A DNA stretch of 63,516 bases from Glycera tridactyla. Its lineage: Eukaryota. The notes below the pieces were generated by a model. That model saw only the letters and a list, made by a program, of their open reading frames with translations, had not been told where the DNA came from and searched no databases. The first letter of the stretch is position 1, and every line of letters begins with the position of its first letter. A program made the translations under genes and the position numbers. The DNA lies in contig OZ286469.1 in the NCBI GenBank assembly GCA_965644265.1, forward strand, positions 41,292,001 through 41,355,516, in the 5' to 3' direction. Shown piece by piece: positions 40,095 to 54,270 of the stretch.

Positions 40095-40568
40095 CTAAGT
40101 GTTGGGCTGCTCATACATTATATGAATGCGTCTTTCAACATAGTAGTCAAATGTTGGGCCGTTAACTTCACCCTAAGTGTTGGGCTGCTCATACATTATA
40201 TGAATGCGTCTTTCCAACATAGCAGTCAAATGTTGGGCCGTTAACTTCACCCTAAGTGTTGGGCTGCTCATACATGATATGAATGCATCTTTCCAACATA
40301 GCAGTCAAATGTTGGGCCGTTAACTTCACCCTAAGTGTTGGGCTGCTCATATATGATATGAATGCGTCTTTCCAACATAGCAGTCAAATGTTTTGCCGTT
40401 AACTTCACCCTAAGTGTTGGGCTGCTCATACATGATATGAATGCATCTTTCCAACATAGCAGTCAAATGTTGTGCCGTTAACTTTACCCTAAGTGCTGGG
40501 CTGCTCATATATGATATGAATGCGTCTTTCCAATATAGTAGTCAAATGTTTTGCCGTTAACTTCACCC
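40095..40568. repeat. Minisatellite, 79-bp unit x 6
   Basis: ctaagtgttgggctgctcata...gccgttaacttcacc at 40095, 40173, 40252, 40331, 40410, 40489. Confidence 0.95.
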
Positions 40569-42715
40569 ACTTGCTTTTCACCATTTTCTCAATACAATCA
40601 GTTGTATCTGTTCCAATGTCTGGGTCCAAGACTAACAAATCATTCAACATTGCTGTGCATTCATTCACTAGGCTTGGGCAAGGGGGTTTCATCTCAAACC
40701 TCCCCTTCAGAGCAAATTTGGCACATTTTGTCCTCGACTGGTATGTTTAGAAACAATTAAATGGATCAATGTTGGATGGAAAGGTTGGACTATGCTGGAA
40801 CTGGCATGGTTTCCATATCAAATGTAACCACTCAGCCCACGTTTAAATGACCAGGCGATAAATCTCTCGATCGTAAACATTGAAATCAATGAGGCAAGAT
40901 AATGCATGTGTCGAGTTGTAGTGTTACAAAATAAAATCAATAAAATGACCTTTGCTTCACACCATTGAATCAGTCACTCTTCTCTGGTGGGACACTGCTG
41001 TGATATAATATCACACATGACCTCCCAGGTTACATATGTAATACATCATTTACTCTATTCTATACTTCGGATAACCTCATGCTATTAATGATTAATATAG
41101 AAAGAGCGCAAGTAACATGTATCATTCATGCGTGAATTTCCAAACTATAATGTCTCAAAGTAATGGATGACTGATATGGCAGGCATAAAATCAATATCCT
41201 GCGATGTATTAATGTGATTGAATGGCCCAGATCCGGAAGATTGGATCTGGGTCAAGTTAGAGCGTGTGAAACAGTGATGAAAAATGCATTTATTCGTGGT
41301 GAGACATGGCTTAGTACCTTTCTATCCAACATTGATTTGTATCATGCGTTACCATATCGTTATCAGATAATCATGATGTTTATGCTACTTGCACCAGCTG
41401 GAGGGTAGTGCAAAGAGCCTCAGACACGATAAATGCTTCCTGGTTCATTGCATAGTATTTAATTCAGCTTGCCATTTCCCACCCTGTTAACTCCATCACC
41501 TATCTATTTTCAATGATCATACAGTTCTTTTTGGTCAATTTGTTATCTTCATCATGGGCTCACTGCAACTGATGCGATGTCACCTAGAATTTACCTAATT
41601 ATTTCGGAATCGGTGTAAGATTGATCAAACTCTGGACCTAAATACCATGGTATTCTTTCATAACGAACTACGGGTCAAAATCGAAAAAGGTGGCAACACC
41701 TGGCGGTGATCAAAATTAGAGTAGACACAGTATAATCACTTGCACGTAGTTCAAATCATTGAGTCGAACTACTACCGCTGGCAGGCATACTCAAGTATAA
41801 TGGCTCATAGTGGCTTATATTCGAGAGCTTGATTAGATGTCGTATCTAAGCAGTATCACCGAGCAGGCTTTTTGTTTTATGGTGATGCGGACTAACCTTC
41901 AGCATATGGATATGCTCCTTGTGCTGCCCTCTGAATAATCTCAGCAATGTGAAGGAGTATCACGACTGTACCATCTATGTCATATCGATGTCATTATGGC
42001 GGGTTGCCAAATGACGGTCATTTCCGTACACCAAGTTTCTGGAGCTGTATCACTGCACCGCTCAACTACCTTGGGAGACATTACCAGACTAGTCATAATC
42101 AACCCTGTACGAGCTCGATGGGCTATACTGCGATATCGATGGGACTAGTTCGATTCAACCCTATCTCTGATCACATTAGATGCCTCTTGGGGTTGGACGC
42201 GTGATTTTGTGGAGTCATCCTGAAATATCACTGCGACTATTATGATTCTTTCTAGTACTACGAGGATGGGCTTTCGCTGATATGCAGGTCTATTTGTTTC
42301 CACGAGGTACTGGTTAGCTATCTGAAAATATTTGGCACATGCTGAACTACGTACGATACAGAGATGCTGGTTCACCTTTCTTTCACCGGGTAGAAATCAA
42401 ATCATACATCATTTATGACTTCATATATGACTTCATCTATGACTTCGCATACCATTTACAACTTTAAACCAATTCCCATGACGGCATACTTGGTGCCAAT
42501 TAAATGCCTACGCATGTGTGCCTTGCATAAGCTGCCAAGAAGTGGATAGATCTGATTTCAAAAGCGAATCCCGTATAGCGCAGACATGAAAAGGGACTGG
42601 TGTTACTGGGGAGTATGTGCGTTGAAGAGAAAAACACACAAAAGGTGATACCGATGAAGTGAGAGAGAGGATGACTAAGCGGGAGGGCATGTGCATGGGT
42701 GTGGTAGAAATGAGA

Positions 42716-42802
42716 GATGAAGAGAGAGAGAACGAGAGAGAGAGAATGAGAGAGAGAGGGCAAGAGAGAGAGAGAGAGAGAGAGAGGGGGGTGGGGAGAG
42801 AG
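42716..42802. repeat. (GA)n microsatellite
   Basis: Directly visible. Confidence 0.9.
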
Positions 42803-42804
42803 AG

Positions 42805-42858
42805 GAAAATGGAAATGGTGTTGTTTTAGGTCCACTTTCTGCACTTGAGTAGGCTAAA
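42805..42858 (+). repeat. Dispersed repeat end, shared with 56237-56287
   Basis: aaaatg(g)aaatg...gttttag(g/c)tcca(c/t)tttctgcacttgagtaggctaaa in both places. Confidence 0.7.
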
Positions 42859-45098
42859 NNNNNNNNNNNNNNNNNNNNNNNNNNNNNNNNNNNNNNNNNN
42901 NNNNNNNNNNNNNNNNNNNNNNNNNNNNNNNNNNNNNNNNNNNNNNNNNNNNNNNNNNNNNNNNNNNNNNNNNNNNNNNNNNNNNNNNNNNNNNNNNNNN
43001 NNNNNNNNNNNNNNNNNNNNNNNNNNNNNNNNNNNNNNNNNNAGCAGGGGCAAGCGATATGTCTTCTCGGGAAGATATATATAGAGCTAGTGTAGCAATA
43101 TTTGCTACCTGAGAGCCCCAATCAGGCTGAATCAAACAGCGTTAGTTGGGCAGGTAAGCGGAATAATAAACGCCAGGCAAGTAGCCACATCTTTCGAATG
43201 ATTCTGTTTGATCTTGTGGCCCCGGGCTAACGAAAGCTTTGATGTATCCTCACCATTCCGATGTCACATGGCAAGCGCACCTGACCATATGCACACATAA
43301 CCTCTACAGAAATACCTCATTTCCTGGTCTTTGTGTGTTCGGGACTTTCACCATATGGAAGGAGCAAATTATTCAGAGTGACTGGGCGGTGTGTGGAAAG
43401 CCGAGTGGGAAAGAGGGGGGGGGGGGGCGGGCGGATATGAATAGAGGATCAGAGAAACGGACAAACGAGCATACTGGCATGCACAATGATAAAAACAGAT
43501 GAACAAACAGACAGACAGACAGATGAACTTTTTCGATGATCTCCTCTCCTTATAGATCAAATTACACTCTTTTGTCACATCGTCAGAATCAAGAGACATT
43601 ACCAGCAACACATAGCATGTGAATTCGAAGTAGTGTCCCTGCAAAACTCGACATGGAGAGCTATATACACCTTACTTTTCATGTCAATATATACAGGTAA
43701 AAATTACTGGTATTGGGTTGGTCTACTCGGACCCTAGTGTACGTCCATCTTCGAGGAAGTCTCCGAGAGGATCTGGCCAAGTAGAGGCCAGTCAATTGAT
43801 CCCATGTTCGCTGCATAACACAGTGTCCAAACATTACTGACCTAGTGGAATCTATGTGAATCAATCTCACGTTCTTATTGTAACACCAAGGTCAACATTT
43901 TTAATAACAGAAATGATACCTCGAGTGTCTGTGAATGTCATGAACTTTCACCTTCTGTTAGGGACGCAGAAGAAGGAGTCTTGGATGATCCCTCCTATGT
44001 GCATTGGCGTGGGCGTCACAATATAGCACAGATAGAGCTGACGTGACGTGACTGTAAACCCTCAACAAAAAAACGAGACAATACTCGTGAGTTAAAATAA
44101 ATGCGAGAGAAGAAGAAATGAGAGATTGGCAATACACTGCAAATCAACTACACATTTTCAGCTTTCATGCTCTATGGTCCGCTGAAAAGGGTGATGTATA
44201 TCGTTTGGCTGACCTCCTTAGGTATCTCGATGTTGAGGAAATAGTGAAGAGGCTGTCATCCTCCGATAAAGGACAGTATGTGGGATGAGTATTGACTGTT
44301 TGACCGGCGAGATGACGGACAGCATCAGCATTATTGGGAGCTATTTTGGGAGCGGGGACCGGATATGAATTGCCGCAGTCTGGCACCAGATGGCACTTCG
44401 ATTGTAGCTACCGTCACGGCTTCTATCGGCTCACATCGTCTCTTCGATCCATACTCGCGCGCACTCTGGTGGCATTCACCTCAACTGTGATGAAGAATGG
44501 TAGCCATCTCATTTCGGTTCATAAAGGTGGCAATATCTTGTATCAGAAGAGTTACTGAGGTCCCCTGCCATTTTTTTCTGCTCTCCACCATCCTACTGAC
44601 ACGATTTCTGTTCATTTTGGAATTTATTTTGATCTGGATTCTCACATTTCCCACAAAAAAAAATGAGTTACGTGAGAAATATATTGCCCAAATAAAAGTT
44701 CGTGCAATGCATGACCATTGAGCGCTCACTTGTTACACAATATGTTCGATTTTGATATCGAATTGGAATGGAATAAGTGCAGTGATGGTCCTGTGCTGCG
44801 CCTAGATAACCAAAATCGATTAGAATTCTTTATTTCTTTGCCAGGTCAAGAACGAAAGTCAATAACAGAATTCCAAATTCATATTGGGAGACAGGTTTAA
44901 TTTTAAGAAAAAGTATTGTAATTAAGACAACGTTTGAAAATTTAGGTTGCATGTCTGAGTTTGATCAACAATATACAGACCTTTCAGAGATTAGACTAGA
45001 GATGTTTGAAAAGAGTATCATACGCCATTACGATATTCCGAAGCCATGTCGTCTATGACTTTACGAAATGCCCTCTGCATTCGCGTATTTCAGTAAGA

Positions 45099-45540
45099 GA
45101 GGACGAGATTCTGGTGTCAGAAACTGTGTAGAGGACATGAATCTGGTGTGAGACACTGTGTAGGTTCAAGTATTTGACAAGAGGACAAGAATCTGGTGTT
45201 AGACACTGTGTAGAGGACAGGAATCTGGTGTTAGATACTGTGTAGGTTCAAGTGTCTGACGAGAGGACAGGAATCTGGTGTTAGACACTGTGTAGAGGAC
45301 AGGAATCTGGTGTTAGATACTGGGTAGGTTCAAGTGTCTGAAGAGAGGACAGGAATCTGGTGTTAGACACTGTGTAGAGGACAGGAATTTGGTGTTAGAC
45401 ACTGTGTAGAGGACAGGAATTTGGCATCAGACACTGTGTAGAGGTCAGGAATCTGGTGTTAGACACTGTGTAGAGGACAGAAATCTGGTGTTAGACACTG
45501 TGTAGAGGACAGGAATCTGGTGTTAGATACTGTGTAGGTT
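45099..45540. repeat. Compound minisatellite: 32-bp unit with an optional ~18-bp extension; outlier unit at 46089-46133
   Basis: gaggacaggaatctggtgttagacactgtgta, sometimes followed by ggttcaagtgtctgacga. Confidence 0.92.
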
Positions 45541-45634
45541 TATAGTAAGAAATCATGGGGTGTTGTCCTGACAAGTTATACACCACGAGGTGTGTATTGC
45601 CACTATAATTCACGAGGCCGATTCTTGCTTATAT
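45541..45634. mobile_element. Deleted relative of the 17986 hairpin element, adjoining the 32-bp array
   Basis: Same terminus tatagtaagaaa(t)catg, same central ttcacgaggccga, ends ttcttgcttatata. Confidence 0.5.
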
Positions 45635-48240
45635 ATCACGATTTATCATGCTGATTGATGGCTGTAAGTTGATCTGAGTGAAATTCAGTCCATTTGTTGA
45701 TCCCATTCAACCCATCATGAACCCCTTGTATGAAAGATACGGGAGTTACAATATATAACGAACATGAACAAATGAGCAGAATTTCACTCAAAATGAGCTA
45801 GGGATCTGAAAGTAGACTTGATGAACAGGGCATATCATAGGGAATCCATCAATGTATTAATTGGTTGTGTAGCATTTAAATTCATGACATGTAATCAAAA
45901 ATTGAATGGATAGGAATCATTTTACAGACATGAACTGTGCCAGACGAGTCACCTGCCGATCCGTGTCTATTTCAAAGGGGATCAATTTCATGCCGCGGCC
46001 GCGGACACGATGGTCCTGACTAGTGATATTCAACACCCTAATATTCAAGGCCGACACGCACTGATCGTGGTATATCAAGTGTTACGCAAGAGGACAAGAA
46101 TCTGGTGTTAGACACTGTATAGGTTCAAGTGTGACCTACATAAAAAGAAGCCTATGGACTGCCGATATTGTCGGCCACCTCATACTATCATTGTAGGCAC
46201 ATCACAGCCATTAATCACGTATCACCTGTAGGTCACACTGACCTTGCCCCTTGCCCTCATCTATCCTTGTCATGTATGACACACCTATCTCGTCACCAGG
46301 GCTTCGGATTGATCCCACGTGCATTATTCTTGTCGCCCGGCACCCATCGCCCATGACAGCTTCAACCGAACGGAACTGTGTACTATCGACAGTATCATAT
46401 CATGATAGTAGTAGGCTTGGCCACTGGTGACCTTCACCATGAATGAATCATCAACGTCCAAAGCCACATTGGAACTTCAGTATACTGAACACCTCGAAAA
46501 AATACTGCCCATACTAGAAGCATCGACTTGCCATGTTTGATATTCAATTCAATTCAAAACACTTATCTGATAAGTTGTCGTTGGGAAGCACTAAACTATT
46601 CAAAAAACAATACCCGCTTGTATCAATCGCATGGCCAAGCTGGACATCAGTGTCGGTCGACATTGATCCTCTCGGGCATGAATGAAGAATTGGTCACTAA
46701 CATGTCATTAACTCTCAAATATGCAGTCACGTGTTCCTCATAAGATAATTTCAAGTGGGAAACATTCTTGCCACTAGGTAGACAAGGACCTTCCGAATGT
46801 GAAATGTGTAGTTGCGATTCTTTCCAGACACCATCTTGCCATGATAAGTAGAGCTTATACCATAGACACTTACCTAGCAAACACATCATCAATCACATGT
46901 TTCGCATCAAATATCACTAGGTAGCCCTAGATATGAAAAGTATCAACCGAGAATTTCTATCTGTCTTTTATCAAAAAGTATCACACCATATGATGATTAC
47001 AGGCTAATTCACCAGCAACCTGCGTCATGAATGCATCACTAACACTGAAATCCACATTCACATGTTTCCGTTATACATAATCACCTGTTTGATATCTTGT
47101 TCATCATCTCAGGATTTAGCAACATCATGACGCCGTCAACGTCCTCTCAGAATATACGCGCAATGGATATCAACCGCGAGTTCCGACAGGTGGCGCAGAA
47201 AACTGTGTGAATAGAGAAGCGGCATCTAGTGCATGTAACGGACTTCAGAGTGGCTGAAATTCATTAGTGCCGGCCTAATGAACATCATCATCTCCACTCG
47301 GCCTCATCTGATGGATCTGACACATTCCGCATTTTTCCCACCACCAAGAGAAAATTACCTAGAGATTTCGCAATTCGCTCGACCTACTTCATCATCTCCA
47401 TGCCCCTCTAATCTCAGCAATGACTCGGAATGAGACCGTCCATTATTCTCATTTTATAAATCACTTTTGTCACCTCTGATTTTACTCCACAATATATCAT
47501 GAGTATGGATTCGGCGAAATGGATTGGTGACTTAGATATAGCAGGTATATGCTCGAGTGAATCTTATTTAGGAATCAATTATTCAGGTGGACATAAATCA
47601 TGCCAAACTTTAATCTAATTCGGCGTTCCATAGTTGTACCTGGAGGACATCTGATCTAGATTATGAAACAGTATCGAATCATCGTTGTAGACCACCCATG
47701 TCTGCATTGAATGCAGTCTTCACGAAAAAAAAAACATTCTGCCACTCTCTCTCCGGAAAGAAAACTGAATGAATCACTCCCCGGGAAATAAATTCACTGG
47801 CCGAATTTGTGCATGTTCCAAATGGGAAAACAAGCTTAAACTAGGTTATCTTGACAGTGAGGCATTTGTGTGAGTAAATGCGTTATCAAGACGTGTATTC
47901 CAACTTACCTGTCATGTACCGAAATACCACCACCCTATGTTTTGCCTAGGTGTCTCCAGAATCATACATTTGCAGGTATATGCAGAGTAATTATGTAGAA
48001 AGTAGGGTTTTTTGGTTGGTAGAGTCGAATTTGCGATATCTTTCTCCTCAATAGTTTCACTAATCTCTCATCAATAGAAAAATCTATTCTCCTATCGGAA
48101 AAGAGATATTGATCTTTTCACTCTCCCGAAACCTAATTCACTCTCCACAGGATTTGGGAGAGTTGCTAAATTTGAAGAATGTGGATGTAACTTATTTTGG
48201 TATCAGCATATGATTAAATGGTTCGTTTACATAAATGAAA

Positions 48241-49085
48241 AGGATGCAGTGATTCATGTTTTCGCTCTAGAATTGATGTCTGATTTATATACTGGAGATG
48301 AGAAGACGCTGCAGTGGTTCATGTTTTCACCCTGGAATCATTATCTAACTTATATTCCGGAGATAGGAAGACGCTGCAGTGATTCATGTTTTCACCCTGG
48401 AATCATTATCTAACTTATATTCTGGAGATAAGAAGACGCTGCAGTGATTCATGTTTTCACCCTGGAATCATTATCTAACTTATATTCTGGAGATAGGAAG
48501 ACGCTGCAGTGATTCATGTTTTCACCCTGGAATCATTATCTAACTTATTTTCTGGAGATGAGAAGACGCTGCAGTGGTTCATGTTTTCACCCTGGAATCA
48601 TTATATTACTTATATTCCGGAGATAGGAAGACGCTGCAGTGATTCATGTTTTCACCCTGGAATCATTATCTAACTTATATTCTGGAGATAGGAAGACGCT
48701 GCAGTGATTCATGTTTTCACCCTGGAATCATTATCTAACTTATATTCTGGAGATAGGAAGACGCTGCAGTGATTCATGTTTTCACCCTGGAATCATTATC
48801 TAACTTATATACTGGAGATAAGAAGACGCTGCAGTGATTCATGTTTTCACCCTGGAATAATCATCTAACTTATATTCCGGAGAGAGAAAGATGTTGCAGT
48901 GATTCATGTTTTCACTCTGGAAAATATATCTAACTTATATTCTGGAGAGAGGAAGATGCTGCAGTGGTAAATGTTTTCACTATGGAATCAATATCTAACT
49001 TATATTCCGACAAGAGTAAGATGCTGCAGTCATTCACGTGCTCACTTTGGAAATAATATCTAACTCATATTCCGGAGAGGAAGAT
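48241..49085. repeat. Minisatellite, 65-bp unit x ~13
   Basis: gacgctgcagtgattcatgttttcaccctggaatcattatctaacttatattctggagataggaa; central units homogeneous, edge units diverged. Confidence 0.95.
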
Positions 49086-49493
49086 GCTAATAGTAAAGCC
49101 AATAGCGCCAGAGGAATATACCAAGCATATATCTTTTGGCACATAGTTGTTTATAGGGAACTTCTGTTCACGAGGATCAGGTTTCATAGCGTCTGATGCG
49201 AAGATAGACAGAATCAATATAGTTATATTTGCGCATCCATCCGAAAGGATCCGCTCATGTACACTGTTCATATGGGTCAAGGTTTGTCACACACAAACTC
49301 TTGGGTTTGGGGCAGTTTTCCATCAATATTGAATCGGAAATTACGTTTTCAGGCTACTAGTCAAAAGGTGAAGGCTTGTATTTTGACAATCGACCTGCGC
49401 ACCTTCATCTGCATATATATTTAAATCGAAATTCAAATTCGAAACAACTTTATTTAAACTCGTGAACATACATACATAAAATCGCAATGAGCT

Positions 49494-49534
49494 GAGTGAA
49501 CTTTCTCCCGCGGCCACAAGTTAGGTATCACTTG
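49494..49534. repeat. Diverged right-arm fragment of the 17986 hairpin family
   Basis: gagtgaact...ccacaagttaggtatcacttg versus gagtgaact...ccaccaagttgggtatcacttg. Confidence 0.5.
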
Positions 49535-49861
49535 ATCATGGATTAGTAGTCAATAGAGAAATAAGATAGTTACAACTTTTACATATATTATACACGTCAT
49601 GGTATAGGTCTATATTCAAACGCACTTGGAAGATTAATTGGTATATACAATATTCACAGTTTATTCACATATCATTATCGTCCATTTGATGGGTGAGTAA
49701 GGAGGGAAGAGAAATGTATCTCCATTTTTTTCATATACAAGTATCACATCGAATACCGTCGGAGATATTGAAAATAAGATACAGAAAAAAGAGAATAATG
49801 TGTGTAGGGGGAGAAGAGTGGAGTCACTGCCAGCAGACAGATTCACTTTGAGATTGATCCC

Positions 49862-49864
<3 letters not shown>

Positions 49865-49903
<39 letters not shown>
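49865..49903. repeat. (TA)n microsatellite
   Basis: Directly visible. Confidence 0.92.
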
Positions 49904-49907
<4 letters not shown>

Positions 49908-50010
49908 TTTCATGACTGGTAAAGAGAATACCAAGTGATATTTGGGATATTCCCGTCTCTTCGGCATCATGCATTTCGGACCACAGAATTATCTGCATGA
50001 ACAAACCTCA

Positions 50011-50043
50011 GTCAAGTACTCATTCGCACCCAGGTGAAGGTAA
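50011..50043 (-). repeat. Second fragment of the SINE-like core seen at ~1378-1410
   Basis: gtcaagtactcattcgcacccaggtgaaggtaag versus gtcaagtactcattcacacctgggtgaagtaaag. Confidence 0.5.
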
Positions 50044-53000
50044 GTTGCAGAGTTCTGTCCACTCCATCTTTCTCATCATGAACCACCAGTTCAGCCACGT
50101 ATATATGGATCTGATGTTACTTATTGCTACTTTCAATCAGACATTTAGTCAAATCCCATGAAATCCATTACCACGAACATGATTTTATCCTGCCATCATA
50201 ATGTTTTCTGACACATCCTTTGAAATGCATTTCTATCTCTTTTCAAACACTAGGGAGGGGTGTTCCGAATGAGCTCATCCAAGCATGAAGCATGGGTAAT
50301 CTGAATATAGCCAATGTATCGCAAACGAGATGGACAAAACAGATCTTTCCTATTGGGAGTCCCTCGAATGCCATCGATTTCAATATCATCCTACCTTTCA
50401 CCAGAAACCTGGAAGGAGTAATAATCACTTTCCAGTTCCATCGCATGTGTGCGGTAATATAGCCCGATGAAAACTGGTGTCACCTGGAGCCTCATCCAAT
50501 CAACGACACTTTCCTACTCAGATTGAACACAGGGTGCGACCATAACTTGAAGAAAATGTATTTGAGTTGAAAGTTGCATTTTTGTGTTTTGTTGCCCTAA
50601 TTTATTTTCTATTTCCTGCTTCCTTTACTAAGCCAAGATACAATGTGCATATGTCTTCACTGCTTCTTTCACCATGCTATGACGTTCCACGATTGTTTCT
50701 ATATTGTATATATCTGTCCAATTTCCCATCTTATATGCCTTTATATATTCACTGCAGAGGTGCGCTCAATCAGCAAATAGAACCTGTCTGGAAGCTGGTG
50801 TATTTTTTCTTTTACCTTGTCTGACTCCGAATGAAGCTATTATATGAACGTTATCATTCCACCATCCCTCATTATAGCAAGTTAGTTAGCAATTGATGGG
50901 ACAACTATGGATGCGATTTTCACTTGATACATTCCAACCAGACACCGTCCCCTCCTGAGCATGAACAGAGAATACCAATGAGTATGCGCTGTTGCTATAT
51001 GAACTCATTATGAATTGATGTAGTCTCATCCTTCCCTGCTTGATTTACACAGACAAGAGGTAATGGGGCAGATATAATGAGCACCAGTTTCCCTGTTGGT
51101 GCACTAATAGAAGGTGTTTATATGTTAGTGTGGAGCCATCCTTCCCTACATCATATCCGGACATTTATGATAATGGCCTGCGCCATCCGTTCCGTGATTT
51201 CCGTCCTTGCATCTCAACGTTGAACTTCTATCACTCATACCTGACACAAACTGAATGTGGTTGTTTTTCTATGTGCATGTGCATGTATGTCTGTGCCGTC
51301 GTATGTATGTGTGTGTCTATATATGTCTGAGTGATGTATATGTGGTGTGTATGTGGACGAACCTGCTATCCCTCAACCAGACTGTCATTCAGACTATCAT
51401 TCAGACTATCATTCTGTCTGTCATTCAGTCTGTCATTCTGATATTTAGATAGTCNNNNNNNNNNNNNNNNNNNNNNNNNNNNNNNNNNNNNNNNNNNNNN
51501 NNNNNNNNNNNNNNNNNNNNNNNNNNNNNNNNNNNNNNNNNNNNNNNNNNNNNNNNNNNNNNNNNNNNNNNNNNNNNNNNNNNNNNNNNNNNNNNNNNNN
51601 NNNNNNNNNNNNNNNNNNNNNNNNNNNNNNNNNNNNNNNNNNNNNNNNNNNNNNNNNNNNNATGTCACGCTGTATGTCTGTCTCGCTGTCTCGCTGTATT
51701 TCATCCTTTTCACATCTCATTCTCACATTTTTCCCAACCATTCCCCACCCCTATTCAACTCTTATCCCGCGCTCTCCATTCCCTCTCCTCTCTCCCCATC
51801 TCTCTCCATCTCTCCCCCCTTCCCCCGGCTTTCTTTCTTTTGCTCTGACTGTCCGTCCATCTACAATCATGTCTATCCTCCGTCCTGTCTGTCATTATGT
51901 CTGACCCCCCAGCCTCCCATCTCTTGACAGGCTCGGATTACCAGGTTGATGAGGTAATTGGGTAGGTTTTCATGACGTTTTCATGAAGTTTTGAAAATAG
52001 TCGCATCATCATCATTGCCATTGTAATCTAGTCGAAATGCATGTCACGCCGAAATAACACACTTTCAATTACTGCTGCTATCAATATTGAAAATTGGTCC
52101 CGAGACCGAGGATTACAATTACCGATGCCCGATCGAGCGCGCAAGAATAGTTACTGACCGACCCCATTACAATGCAATCCGACATCAATTCTGAACCAAT
52201 TGAAATTGGATTTCCATCGATTGGCTGAGCGCTCCTCAGAGGGCAGACTAGTGTCAACTATGGGCTTTGTATTAATTTGATATTTGGGTAAAAAGTGTGC
52301 CAATTCTGTTTCTCAATGATGGACCTGTAGGATCGATCATGACAGAGCGAGATCACAGAAGTACATTAATAACGGAGAACATATGAAGACGATCTGTGAA
52401 AAAGACAGGTTCTCGACGCACTTTTTCCGTCAAGAAATCGATTTCTACAATCATTAGGCCAGTTTCTGTCCCAAATTTTCAAACATACTGCATCTTAACA
52501 TGTCTAAACCCTGAAGGGGTTCATTGATTGAACGTTTAATTTGCAAACATGCTTAATTGACAATCCTGTTTGGGCCCAAGGAGATTTCTCAGTCTACATC
52601 ATATTCATCGTCCCTTGAAGATTAGAAGGGCATGGGTGACATTTTCATATATTCATTCAGCATATTCATTCATATACCTCAATAATTTTCGCAAAATCCA
52701 ATTNNNNNNNNNNNNNNNNNNNNNNNNNNNNNNNNNNNNNNNNNNNNNNNNNNNNNNNNNNNNNNNNNNNNNNNNNNNNNNNNNNNNNNNNNNNNNNNNN
52801 NNNNNNNNNNNNNNNNNNNNNNNNNNNNNNNNNNNNNNNNNNNNNNNNNNNNNNNNNNNNNNNNNNNNNNNNNNNNNNNNNNATCGAAATTTCGTTTTTG
52901 CTCAGATCTTCACGTTTTCATAATCGGCAATAGGTTCTAATTCAAGCAATTGCCACAAATAAATCTCTACATCCATGCTTTGCTCCTGCAACCATGGACA

Positions 53001-54134
53001 GTGCAATAACCACAAACTTATCGAAATCATGAAATCCACGTGTGGTGTAATCAAATCAGCCAGACACGGATGAACGAGGGATGATCGATAAGTTATGAAT
53101 CGTGGGAGAATCTAAGCAGTTGACTTATGTGCCCCGTATCGAAGGGAGTTCCATCGCAAGTGCCATCTTACTACGCAAACTTGCATCGATAGCATCCGGA
53201 GCCACCGTCAGATGGCACTCAGCCCCACATTCTTTTTAGTCGGTTCACAGATGTCGCTTTTTGTACGAACCAGGATGGCGTTTAGGACAGCTCAGCAAGC
53301 ACTATCAGATGCTTTAGCTGGAGTGATGCCAATAACTCCAAGCATGAAAGTTTTCTCCTTTTTGGCACGGTCTGCATTGTAGCAGAGACTAAAAACGCCT
53401 TTCCCTCCAATCGAATGTTCATTGAAGTTTGCAAGAGTTCTCTACATTTCTTTCCGTGTGAGAATCCGACACGTGCATATTGATAAGGTGTATAATATGT
53501 GAATTATTGGAAAATATTGCTTTATTCTTTGTCGGGTTTCACGAATGATGTATTTGCTTATAACTCCGTCAATGCAGATGATCATCACATTTTCAACACG
53601 ACACATCAATGTATTCTCTTATGAATATAAATCAGCTGATCGCTCAGATTTTATCTGCCATGAATTCAAGTTGATAAATATTCAACAAGTACCATTCTCG
53701 TTTTTTTTTTCAATATATTATCTTGCCTACTTCGTCTATTTCAAATAGGTGAACGTCAGTATGAGAGAACAGTTCAAGCCTAACTGTTCTTGTATCTCTT
53801 CAATCGGATTTGATCCTGATATGCTGGATCGTGTCTCTCCTGGAACTAATTGATTGGCCGCTCTGTGAAATTATAGCGTGAGCAAATACAAAGATTACTT
53901 TTCACAAATTCACTAATGATCACGTGGCCGCATATTTACTTCGAGAGACGGCGTTATCATGATGCAAACCGAGTCGATAGTTTGAGATGATGCATATTAT
54001 CTCCCACCAATACGGACTCAATCTAGCTAAGTTTGACGAGAACGTGCCAAAAGCCCCAGAATGTGCATTTGCCTGGATGGCCCAACTCCGTGCAAGCGAC
54101 GATCACTGAAAACGGGATAGCACGTTGGAGGTGA

Positions 54135-54217
54135 TACAGTAAGACCTCTTCTGTGAGACCGCTCAAAATATCAAGCTGAAATGGTCGCTCAAAAGAAATG
54201 GCCGCTCATTTGAGGTA
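54135..54217 (+). mobile_element. Probable partial pogo/Tigger-like MITE end
   Basis: TA|CAGTAAGACCTC start with repeated (g)accgctca/ggccgctca motifs; no intact right TIR. Confidence 0.3.
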
Positions 54218-54270
54218 TGAAGTCTGCTGGTGACAGGAGCGGGGAGTAGGTCATGACCTACTTGATTGAT

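Noticed and set aside
45251-45290. AGTGT-CTGACGA...GGAAT...AGACACT hammerhead-like fold in the 32/50-bp array
   Set aside because: GAAT instead of GAAA, no stem II, and no NUH cleavage triplet.
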